From contig OX597815.1 of the NCBI GenBank assembly GCA_951406725.2, forward strand, positions 189,224,001 to 189,288,000: a stretch of 64,000 nucleotides of DNA. Direction: 5' to 3'. The translations under genes and the position numbers were made by a program. Under the pieces are notes generated by a model. The model saw only the letters and a program-made list of their open reading frames with translations. It was not told the origin of the DNA and did no database searches. Origin of the DNA: Octopus vulgaris. Lineage: Eukaryota. How positions within the stretch are numbered: position 1 is the first letter of the stretch; every line of letters starts with the position of its first letter. Below, in pieces: positions 53,020 through 64,000 of this stretch.

Positions 53020-53370
53020 AGCAGTCACTGCTAACACCATCTGGTTGAATTTCCTCAGACATTCTTAACTCACATACACACCATTCATCTTAGTCTTGCA
53101 TTAGCTGAGGGAGCTCTTCAGGGAGGTACATAGTGTCTCTGGTTGCTTCATCTATGTACATTGTATTCAAATGACCTGCTCAAGTGCGGTCATGCATTAA
53201 CATGCATAGCCGCAGATCACTTGCCAGCTCTTGTTTAGCTCACCAGCAAAGTTCTGCAAAGCGCAAGAACTTCTCCCTTATAATAGTAGAAACAAGCAAG
53301 AGATCTCCAAACAGCTATTTCTTGGTTGAATGAGTTCTCCGAAATGTCTTCAAGACTGCTCTTAATATTC
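53020..53370 (-). mobile_element. Degenerate RTE-like LINE 3' fragment
   Basis: IREKFLRFAELCW*AKQELASDL...YIDEATRDTMYLPEELPQLMQD*DEW. Confidence 0.7.
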
Positions 53371-53744
53371 AAATGTATATTTCTTTACTACCCACAAGGG
53401 GCTAAACATAGAGGGGACAAACAAGGACAGACGAAGGGATTAACTCGATTACATCAACCCCAGTGCGTAACTGGTACTTAATTTATCGACCCTGAAAGGA
53501 TGAAAGGCAAAGTCGACCTCGGTGGAATTTGAACTCGGAACGTATCGACAGACGAAATATGGCTACGCATTTCGCCTGGCGTGCTAACGTTTCTGCCAGC
53601 TCGCTGCCTCGTATTCAAATGTAAGTTCCATCTACCTTGGATTTCAGTTTTTTCTCTATTAGCAAGAAATTTTGAAATAAAACTAAACAAAAGATGCCTG
53701 CAGATGGAAGGTCACATTAACATTATTACTAATTAGGTGTACCA

Positions 53745-54230
53745 GTCATTCACTGGACAATAAACTTTGCTTGCGAAGACCTATTTAGGCAAGTGAAATC
53801 AAATCAAATTCGCTGACCTGGTCGAACACAGTACCACCTGATTGGCACTCGTGCCAGTGGAACATTAATAGCACATCCGAGCATGATTGTTGCCAGGGCA
53901 ACTGATTGGCTCCTATGCTGGTGGCACGTGAAAAACAACATTCGAGCATGGTTGTTGCCAGTGCTGCCATACTGGCTCTCATGCAGGTAGCATGTAAAAA
54001 ACACCTTTTGAACATGGCCGTTGCCAGAGACTGACTGGCCCTCGTGCCGGTGGCACATAAAAGTACCCACTACACTCTCAGAGTGGTTGGCATTAGAAAG
54101 GGCATCCAGCTGTAGAAACTCTGCCAGATCTGACTCAGTCTAGTGCAGGCTTCTGGCTCACGAGTCCTCTGTCAAACCGTCCAACAAATGCCAGCATGGA
54201 AAGCGGACATTAAATGACGATGATGATGAC
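53745..54230 (+). mobile_element. SINE family D, longest copy
   Basis: 5' CACTGGACAATAAACTTTGCTTGCGAAGACC, internal tandem units, (GAT)n tail. Confidence 0.8.
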
Positions 54231-54449
54231 ATGCAAAATACTGTTTGAAAACGAAAGAGAAAATTTACTGAAACAAATTTTCTGAGTACAGATACTTTTC
54301 TCATCACTAACCCTTATCTGCTTCCAAGTGAGGTAATGAAGGACACAGCTTGCATGACTGAGACATTCGTTTACGACTATTATGTGATATCAGAGCAAAG
54401 AGACAATAACACACACACACATGGACACAGACAGGCACAAACATACGTG

Positions 54450-54480
<31 letters not shown>

Positions 54481-54623
54481 TCATTTTCATTTTCTCTTTG
54501 TCTTCAAATAGTATTTCTCACCTAATGCTTTGCATTAGTAAAGTGTAAAATAGTAAATATCCTGATAACCTAGAATAATTATTATTCCCTAAGTTTTTTT
54601 TAAATATGTTTATATACATACTC

Positions 54624-54890
54624 TTGTGTCTGGGGAGAGTAATTTTCTTTTTGTGCATTATAATTTAACACATTCACCGGTAAAATTTCCACTTATTTCT
54701 TATTTTTATATTCCTAAAATTTTCGTTGTGTCTTGCAACCAAAAATAAGAAATAAGTGGAAATTTTACCGGTGAGTGAGTTAAATTATAAGGCACAAAAA
54801 GAAAATTACTCTCCCCAGACACAACAGAATATGCTTCAACACACAAACTCACATAAAGAATCTTGCAAACCAAATCTAAAAACGAAATAT
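54624..54890. repeat. Fold-back element, ~84-bp arms, 33-bp spacer
   Basis: 54624-54707 is the reverse complement of 54741-54824. Confidence 0.88.
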
Positions 54891-55632
54891 ATATATATTT
54901 AAAAAATATATAGATATATTCAATGGGTTTCTTTCAGTTTCCATTTACTAAAGTCCCTCACAAGGCTTTGCTTAACATAGGGCTATAGCAGAATATACTT
55001 GCCTAAGGTGTCACACATTGGAACTGAATTCTGAATCCCTTCTTACCCCACAAACTTCTTACCCCACAGCCATATCTGTGCTTATGAAAATTACTTGAAA
55101 TCCAGAAACAATATCTAATTGGGGTAATTTTAAAACCTAAAAGAAAACATTTCCTTTTCATTTTCTCTTTTGTCTTCAAATAGTATTTCACACCTAATTA
55201 GTAATAATGTTAAAGTGACCTTCCATCTACAAACATCTTCCATGCCTTTCCCATATAAATGAATATATGGTAATTCAATAAACCTGAATATTTGCTCTTC
55301 TCTCCTCTTTCCTTCCCCACCAGAATAGTTCATTTTCAAAAACCTGCATAGGAAATCATCTTTCTTTGATAAATTCTCACAGTTAACTGTCAGAATACCA
55401 TCCCAACAGGCAGATATACAAAACCACTCACGCATTCATCACAGCAGGCAACATACACACAAACACATATAAACACACATACACATGTGCGCATGCACAC
55501 ATACACACGCACACACACACACACACATACTCAAATGTATCAATCTATTCAAGCAAATGTACAAGCACACAGACACACACACATTCATGCAAGCAATAAA
55601 CCAGTTCGAATGAAAACACAGACGCATTAACT

Positions 55633-55667
<35 letters not shown>

Positions 55668-55830
55668 ATACACACAGGTATTTCAGTAGGTAGCTTAGAC
55701 ACACAAGCATGCACACACACATAGAAATGATGAAACGAACACACAGACACAAAAATACCACAGGCATAACAGCTAATGATGATGCTGGTTACAAACAGAA
55801 AAGAAAAAAGAAGGAAGTGATATGCCCACG

Positions 55831-55903
55831 GGGCATATAGCGTAGTGGTTAAGAGCGCAGGCTACAAACCCCAAGATACTGAGTTCGATTCCAGACAGTG
55901 CCC
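55831..55903 (+). pseudogene. tRNA-derived short element followed by (AAT)n
   Basis: A box TAGCGTAGTGG, B box GAGTTCGATTCC, GGGCA/TGCCC ends, poor anticodon arm. A related copy lies on the minus strand at about 38690-38760. Confidence 0.65.
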
Positions 55904-55957
55904 TAAATAATAATAATAGTAATAATAATAGTAGTAATAATAGTAATAATAATAATG

Positions 55958-55988
<31 letters not shown>

Positions 55989-56369
55989 TTTATTTCTGTT
56001 GTCTTTTATTAAGAAGGTGGAATCAGTAACACATACTATTGAAACTAATAGAAGTAATGTAACAGCAGAATACTGAACCATTATTATTGCTGTTGTTGTT
56101 GCTGTTATTATTATTATTATTATTATTAATAATAATAATGATAATTATAATTATAATAATAATAATCATAATAATAATAATAATAATAATAATAATATTT
56201 TTTTTTTGACATTCACTAGTACAACACAAAAAACCCCCCAAATATATGGCACAGTAGGCATAACAACAACATGAACTTCCAACCTGTTGTCTCTTGAGGT
56301 CTCTGGGTGAGACTTGGAGCCAACTTGTACAAATATAAAGCAAAAGTCAAACATATAATAATAATAATG

Positions 56370-56408
<39 letters not shown>

Positions 56409-56422
56409 ACATAACAAAAACA

Positions 56423-56647
56423 CCAGGACTTACAAACACATATAACATACAGAAAATTGCACTACTAGGCACTGCACACATCCTATGCAGAACACTTTCC
56501 ATACAATAACCATCAGAGCATCACAACAAATCACAGCACATACCCAAGGCACACAGAGCTGCGCTCGGTAGTGAAGTGAAAGCACGCTATAAAAAATAAA
56601 ACTACTGAATAATAATAATAATAATAATGACGATGATGATGATGATG

Positions 56648-56692
<45 letters not shown>

Positions 56693-56792
56693 CATAAACA
56701 TCAGAGCATCACAACAAATCACAGCACATACCCAAGGCACACAGAGCTGTGCTCGGTAGTGAAGTGAAAGCACACTATAAAAATAAAACTAC
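56423..56792 (+). mobile_element. R4/Dong-like LINE 3' end in (AAT)n, with duplicated tail
   Basis: PGLTNTYNIQKIALLGTAHILCRTLSIQ* (QK..LLGTAHIL terminal motif). The tail 56511-56605 is repeated at 56699-56792. Confidence 0.8.
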
Positions 56793-58706
56793 AATGATGA
56801 TTTCATTTATTTGCCACAAGGGTGAAGGATGATGGGGGGACAATACAGAGACAGACATAAAGTGTTGGGGGTTTACATATAATAATGAAATGATTAAAAA
56901 CAAAATGAAGTATAAAAAACAAAGCTTTGCACTGGAAAAGAAGGAACATATGCAGAGAATACAAAGGTAACATTCAAAGTTATTTTACTAAATTCTTTGT
57001 TATATTTAAAATTAATTGAAAGAAACACAGAGCATCTCAACAGAAATATGGTAACAAAAAGGGTTGAATAATAGACTGCAATAGGTTAACTACGATATGG
57101 CAATGGTTTATGATAGAGAGGTGTTATAGAAAGTTTTGTCCTGGGTTCAGTCCCACTGCATGGCACCTTGGGGGTAAGTGTCTTCCACTAGTAACCTTGG
57201 GCCAACCAAAGCCTAGTGAGTGGATTTGGCTGATGGAATCTGAAAGAAGCCCTTTGTTAAAAGTGAAGTGTATCACTGAAACATATCATAACCAGAAGAG
57301 TATTATCAGACTCAACATTTAGAAATTTAACTTCTATATTTTTCTTGTCATCATCATCATCAGCATCATCATCATCATTTAACGTCCGCTTTCCATGCTA
57401 GCATGGGTTGGATGATTTGACTAAGGTCTGGCGAACCAGACTCCAAATCTGATCTGGCAGAGTTTCTACAGCTGGATGCCCTTCCTAACGCCAACCACTC
57501 CGAGATGGTAGTGGGTGCTTTTACGTGCCACCAGCACAAGAGCCAATTTAGTGGTACTGGCAACGGCCACACCCAAATGGTGCTTTTTACGTGCCACCTG
57601 CACAGGAGCCAGTCCAGCGGCACTGGCGACGACCTCCCTCGAATGTTTCATGTGTCACCAGCACAAGCGCTAGTAAGGCGACACGGTAACGATCATGCTC
57701 GAATGGTGTGCTTAACATGCCATCGGCACGAAGGCCAGCTTGTTGCTCTGGCAACGATCTCACTTGTATGGTACTCTTAGCGCTCCACTAGCAACGGATG
57801 CCAGTCACCGAGTTTGATTTCGACTTCGATCGATTTTCTTATATTACTGGTATTTTTCTATTATCAGCATTTAGAACATTTTTCATTTTGCATTCATTAT
57901 TTTTGCCTTGTATTTCTCCACTAGTAATGTCCTCTCTTTTAAATACATCAGCTGATATTTTTGAAGTCCACTGACTCTCTCAGTTCACCTGTGCTTCCAC
58001 TTTGCATGCAGATTAACCTTATATACACAAAAGATTGCGTTTGACTCATTTCCCTCCAGCTTCTGCAAGACTATTTCAATCGAGTATGGCTCTCTAATGC
58101 TGCATTCATTAAACTTCATGTCCCTAGGAAGGTTTCCATGCTTCACAGCTCACATCCCTCTCACAACAGATGCTACAACATCAAAGCCAGTAAGGGCAAC
58201 GGTAACATATATAACTAAGAGAGAGACAATGAAAACTTGATTTTACAAACACGGATACAATAAGCATTGCAGCTGATTCGGTAACTCTATCATTTTCTAG
58301 TCATTTTCCAAGAATAAAAATATTTGCATGTATCAGACTACAATCATTGATGCATAAGGTGTATCATGAAACAGATATAACATGCCTTGAGAGCAGCTTC
58401 ACACTTCACTTAACAAAGTACAGCAAAATTTTAACCAGAATTATTCCTCAGTGTCAAATAATAGAATGTTGGATTAACAGAATAATCACAATACTGAACA
58501 AAATGACATGTATTTCTTTTAGTTTCCTATATTTTGAGTTCAAATCTTACTGAGGGTCAAATTTGCCAATTATCCTTCTTGTATTTATGAAACAAAGTAC
58601 CAATCAAGTACTGAAGTTGATTTAATTAACAAATTCCTTTCCCTCAAAATTGCTGGCCTTGTGCCCAAATTAGAAATTATTAGTAATCTGATTTATTTCT
58701 AGATTA

Positions 58707-59072
58707 TCTGTATGTATAAAAGGCAGGATGTGAGTGTGTGTGTGCGTGTGCGTGTGTGTGTGTGGGTGTGTGTGTACGTGAATGCAATTTATGCACATCC
58801 ACAAATTAGCGCGCATGTTGCTCCAATTTTAGGAGGACATTTGTCATGACCCTAGCTGTATTTTTGTCAACTTATTTTTACCAAAGGCAACAGCGAATAG
58901 AAGTAAAAATAAATTTTCAACCAAAATTTTAAACAATTTTCAAGTCGGAGAAATCACCATTGTTTGCAAACAGGAGTTAAATCCCCTTCTAGTGACGAGT
59001 AAGTGTTTGTTAAGACTTTTGTTGTATTTTTTTTTCCGTTGAGCTAAAAAGTGTTTCGTTGATATACGGGCA

Positions 59073-59113
<41 letters not shown>

Positions 59114-59242
59114 AAGATGTATGCATACAAAAAACATGTATGCAATAGGTGTAAGTACGTATGTGTGTGTGTGTGTGTGATATATATATATTAGCTTAAT
59201 AATCCTAACTTAATCCCGGACGAAGCAGGATTATACTGCTAG
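58707..59242 (+). mobile_element. Second non-autonomous Helitron family
   Basis: A|TCTGTATGTATAAAA start; TAATCC..GGATTA hairpin then TACTGCTAG|T end. Confidence 0.65.
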
Positions 59243-59297
59243 TCCCAGATATAGATGCGTGGATTATTTCTAAGTTTGTGATTAGCTGACTCTATGC

Positions 59298-59709
59298 CAG
59301 TGGTTTTCAACCATTCTCCCCACCCCATGGGGACCCTTTGATTCCCATTTTACTCAATGTCAAAATAAAACCCTATCATATTTTTATAATTAAATATTAC
59401 TAGAAATAGTATAAAAACATCTGTTAAAAGATTTTGTAGATTGTAAAAGTATAACGAGTTTATCATTCTTTCATTCTTTTATTCTTTTATTGGTTTCAGT
59501 TATTTAACTGCAGCCATGCTGGAGCACTACCTTTAGTCGAACAAATCGACCCCGCGACTTATTTTTTTGTAAGCCTAGTACTTATTCTATCGGTCTCTTT
59601 TGCTGAACCGCTACGTTACAGGGACGTAAACACACCAACATCGGTTGTCAAGTGATGGTGGGGGAACAAACACAGACACATAAACACACACACACACACA
59701 CACGCACAT

Positions 59710-59755
<46 letters not shown>

Positions 59756-60110
59756 GACTGGCTTCTTTCAGTTTATGTCTATCAAATCCACTCACAAGGC
59801 TTTGGTCAGCCCAAGGCTATAGTAGAACACACTTGCCCAAGGTGGCATGCAGTGGAACTGAACCCAGAACCATGTGGTTAGGAAGCAAACTTCTTACCAC
59901 ATAGCCATGCCTGCACCTATTATCGCAGATAAATTTTAACTAGAAAATCTTATTTGGACCCCTAATGGTCCTATGGACTCCCAAAGGACCCATCGATCCC
60001 CAAAGGGCTTATGGACCCCCGAAGATCCTATGGACTCCCAAAGGACCCATCGATCCCCAATGGGCTTATGGACCCTCAAAGGTCCTATGGACCCCAGCTA
60101 TAAACCACTA
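59298..60110. mobile_element. hAT-type MITE with nested SINE C and ~20-bp minisatellite
   Basis: CAGTGGTTTTCAAC start, homology to 40951-41212, near-TSD CTCTATGC/CTCTAAAC. Confidence 0.75.
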
Positions 60111-61632
60111 CTCTAAACACTGGCTGTAATCAAACAACACTAACAATTGAAACACTTCACACGAAACTAAACTTAACAAACATGTTTGTTGCAAGTTAAA
60201 CAATATGATATCTACACTAACAGGAAATCAGGCTTCTGCAAATAGAATTATACATGACTGGAGATAGTAAATGTAGTTATGATTCTAAACTTAAAATGAT
60301 AATAAATTTGGGAATTGAGTGATCAAAGAATAATGAATAAGAAAAGGCAACAAAAGAAAAATTTTGAAGGAAATTTGCCAGTTTCTGAAGTTCACAGAAA
60401 AGCAGAATGACAGTAAAGAATTACAGTTATTCATACTTAGATAAAGAAGAAAAAATTCAATAAAACAGAGATAATTAATTCTTTATTTCCTATTCTTATG
60501 TTTCTGAAGCTAACCAAATTTTCATCTTCAGAGATAACAATTCAAAGACATTGTGATGTGATCAACTGTATATTCACTGTTTTGATGGCACCAGTTTTAT
60601 TTTATCTGTATTACCGTCTTTACTATATCGATAGGGATATAAAACAGATCAGGTCAGGTATACTTTCCAATAATTTTCAGCAATTCATAAACTCAAGTGA
60701 CTTAGAAATTTATCAATAAATATATTTTCTATCATTTCTGTAGAGCAGCCATCACAATCTCTTAGAGGAATAATGGTTTTATTCTATAATACGGTACTAT
60801 ATGTTTGTTATAAATCATAGTGTTTTCTGTCTGCAAGTATCAATGATGGTTCAGTAATTCCCCAGAAAGCTGCAAATAAGTTAACATTGCAATTAATATA
60901 TTTACCAGACAGCTTCCTCTTATTTGAGAATATATTGGCGTGTTTCGACCATAAACAGTCGCAGTTTGGATTCATTTATTTATCAATGCCATTTGTAACA
61001 GAACATACATTTGCTTGAAATTCTGAGTAATGTATGAAATAAACATAATTAAGAGCAAATATTTGAACATGACATTATTTCAAGCAGCCTAAATTGCATT
61101 CATGCTTGAATAATTAGGCAGGTAATGTTTGTCAGTGTTTCAGCATTGATCGCCTAACTTAGGAATTGCATTAACTTGTTAAATGTCTTCTGGGTGATTT
61201 GCACAAAGGAGGTTGTTAGATTTTAGATTGATGATGCTTTTAGTTAGTAAGTAACAATTACAGCAATGTGATAATCATCCACGTTTTAATACCCATTTTT
61301 CTATCTGCTGGTGGGGATTTTACGGGTTTACAATACGGTGTTTCAATACCCATCTTCTTCGATAGTTATCTCCTCTCTAAGATTCATTATCATAAGCTTT
61401 GACTTCATTGCTCCTTTCTAGATCCTCGAGGGATTCTCTATGTAGACACGCCATCTGCTAGAAGTAGCAACACAATCGTCCTCAAACCATACTCAACCAT
61501 TTAAAAATAAAGCAAAGACATATAGGATAATGTAATTCTTGGTTCCACTAAAAAGACATGGTGGCCATCACTGGAACCCCTTTTATCAATCAGGATGGAC
61601 TTGAAGCTCAACAACAATATTTCTGATATTTC

Positions 61633-62050
61633 TTATTTCTTTATTGCCCACAAGGGGCTAAACATAGAGGGGACAAACAAGGACAGACAAAGGGATTAAG
61701 TCAATTAGATCAACCCCAGTGTGTAACTGGTACTTAATTTATCTACCCCAAAAGGATGAAAGGTAAAGTCAACCCTGGCAGAATTTGAACTCAGAACGTA
61801 ACGGCAGACGAAATACCTATTTCTTTACTACCCACAAGGGGCTAAACACAGAGAGGACAAACAAGGTCAGACAAACGGATTAAGTCGATTATATCGACCC
61901 CAGTGCATAACTGGTACTTATTTAATCGACCCCGAAAGGATGAAAAGCAAAGTCAACCTTGGCAGAATTTGAACTCAGAACGTAGTGGCAGACGAAATAC
62001 CACTAAGCATTTCAACCGGCATGCTAACATTTCTGCCAGCTCGCCACCTT
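61633..62050 (-). mobile_element. SINE family A dimer
   Basis: TSD TCTGATATTTCT; fixed junction at about 61815. Confidence 0.9.
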
Positions 62051-62923
62051 TCTCTGATATTTCTGTCACAATTACCTATTATTTAGAGAACACAACTCTT
62101 TTACACACAGATTCCATTTCTTTTGAATTAAATATTCATACTAGTGCAACTTTCTCATACATCAGTTCATGTCTTTAAAATGGATGATAGAAGTGTATTA
62201 GGCATTTTTCCTAACATTAGTACCAATATTTAGAACTCCATATGCATTCTTATATATCGGTTTCAAATTTTGGCACAGGGCCAGCAGTTTTAGGAGGAGG
62301 GGGTATGTTAATCACATTAACCCCAGTACTTAACTGGTACTTATTTTATTGACCCCAGAAGGATGAAAAGCAAGTCGACCTTGATGGAATTTGAACTCAG
62401 AATGTAAAGATAGACGAAATGTTGCTAAACATTTTGCCCAATGGAGCTTATGATTCTGCCTGCTCACTGCCTTGCATCCTTATATAGTGAAAGAGAAAAC
62501 TCTGAAGAGAACTCATGGGTTTTAGTACAAGATTCCATTACAAACATCAGAGGGAACAAATAGAAAAACAAAAAAAAACAAAAAAAAAACTGGTGAGCAA
62601 ATTCATAAATTATTTAACTACATCACTTTACACATGTTTCAGTGGAGATTATGGTTGACTTGGTTATAAATCTCTTAGGAAGGGATTATCTAATAAATGT
62701 ACCTGGTTCAGATTGCATTATTCAACCTCATTGAAATACGTGTAAAAATAATGTAACTAAATAATTTATAAAATCAGAAATTTAAAGATGTTCAACTAGA
62801 AGAATTTGATAAAGATGAGGAGATAGAGATGACAACTGGAAGTTCCTACAGGACAACCTACAGAGGGACACTGATTAAAACTGTGCGGGGCGCAAAGTCC
62901 TGACCAGGGTGAGGATGACATGT

Positions 62924-63336
62924 TAAGGCGGCGAGCTGGCAGAAACATTAGCATGCCGGGTGAAATGCTTAGCCGTATTTCATTTGCCGCTACATTCTGA
63001 GTTCAAATTCTGCCGAAGTCGACTTTGCCTTCCTTTCAGGGTCGATTAAATAAGTACCAGTTACACACTAGGATCGATATAATTGACTTAATTTGCTTCT
63101 CTGTCCTTGTTTGTCCTCTCTGTGTTTAGCCCCTTGTGGGTAGTAAAGAAATAGGTATATCGTTTGCCGCTACGTTCTGAGTTCAAATTCCGCCAAGGTC
63201 GACTTAGCCTTTCATCCTTTCGGGGTTGATAAATTAAGTACCAGTTACTCACTGGGGCCGATATAATCGACTTAATCCGTTTGTCTGTCCTTGTTTGTCC
63301 TCTCTGTGTTTAGCCCCTTGTGGGTAGTAAAGAAAT
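62924..63336 (+). mobile_element. SINE family A dimer
   Basis: Head AAGGCGGCGAGCTGGCAG; junction AAAGAAATAGGTATATCG. Confidence 0.9.
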
Positions 63337-63821
63337 GTGTTAATGCAACAGGGAAGTAGATGGAGCTAAGAAGGCAAACAGACAAGGCCTTGGAAGGTTT
63401 TGGTAAAACGAGGGTTATCAGAGATTTAAAACAAATTGCTGGAAGTAAAGCTAGGCCTCAACTTTACATAGCAAAGGATGAAGTAGAAAGTAAGAAATTA
63501 GTCAAAGTTCTACAGTATGAGGATCAGAGGTATGAGGTGTCCAGATTGCAAGATTGTGGATCAGAGAAAATCGAGATGTTTATAGTTGAGAAATGTGTGT
63601 GTGGAAGGATAATGGTACACCTGCACATAGTAATTCTGAAAGGAAAAAGGCATGGAAGTACTAGTATGAAAGGTAACTAAATGTGGAGAATGCATTGGGT
63701 TAAGAGGGTCTTCCTAATGTCAACACATCGCAACACAATGCCCTGTCAGAGAACTGAACCCACAATCTCGCAATCATGAGTGCAACAACCTAACCACTAA
63801 GCCATGCACCTTCACACACAT

Positions 63822-63853
<32 letters not shown>

Positions 63854-63854
63854 G

Positions 63855-64000
63855 TTTCTTTATTACCCACAAGGGGCTAAACATAGAGTGGACAAACAAG
63901 GACAGACAAACGAATTAAGTCGATTACATCGACCCCAGTGCGTAACTGGTACTTAATTTATCGACCCCGAAAGGATGAAAGGCAAAGTCGACCTCGGCGG
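63855..64000 (-). mobile_element. SINE family A, cut by the window edge
   Basis: Tail and central domain present. Confidence 0.9.

Noticed and set aside
60498-60719. 73-aa ORF with hydrophobic stretch
   Set aside because: No recognisable domain; hydrophobicity explained by AT richness.

Overview
AT-rich, microsatellite-saturated eukaryotic DNA, intronic or intergenic. The repeat families resemble, from memory only, those of a coleoid cephalopod, most likely Octopus. No intact host gene is recognisable. Almost all ORFs in the track are translations of (TA)n, (CA)n, (GATA)n, (AAT)n or (ATC)n repeats, or of SINEs. The real coding remnants come from transposable elements: RTE, CR1, Tx1/L1-like, R4/Dong-like and Penelope-like retroelements, plus several Tc1/mariner deletion derivatives. 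Non-autonomous Helitrons, hAT- and piggyBac-type MITEs and at least five SINE families (labelled A-E here) are also present. The most notable signal is RNA structure. Several short non-coding elements in or beside (TA)n tracts carry minimal type I hammerhead ribozyme motifs. One has a complete core (21746-21799), one caps a 37-bp perfect-like hairpin (26570-26673), one pair lies back-to-back on opposite strands (49304-49488), and several are decayed. A decayed HDV-like ribozyme fold lies at the 5' end of an RTE-like UTR (20866-20943). Other observations are microsatellite-specific LINE insertions, a SINE that appears to insert into its own family at a fixed site, and weak candidate minus-strand exons. 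All structures were read by eye and no computation was run.
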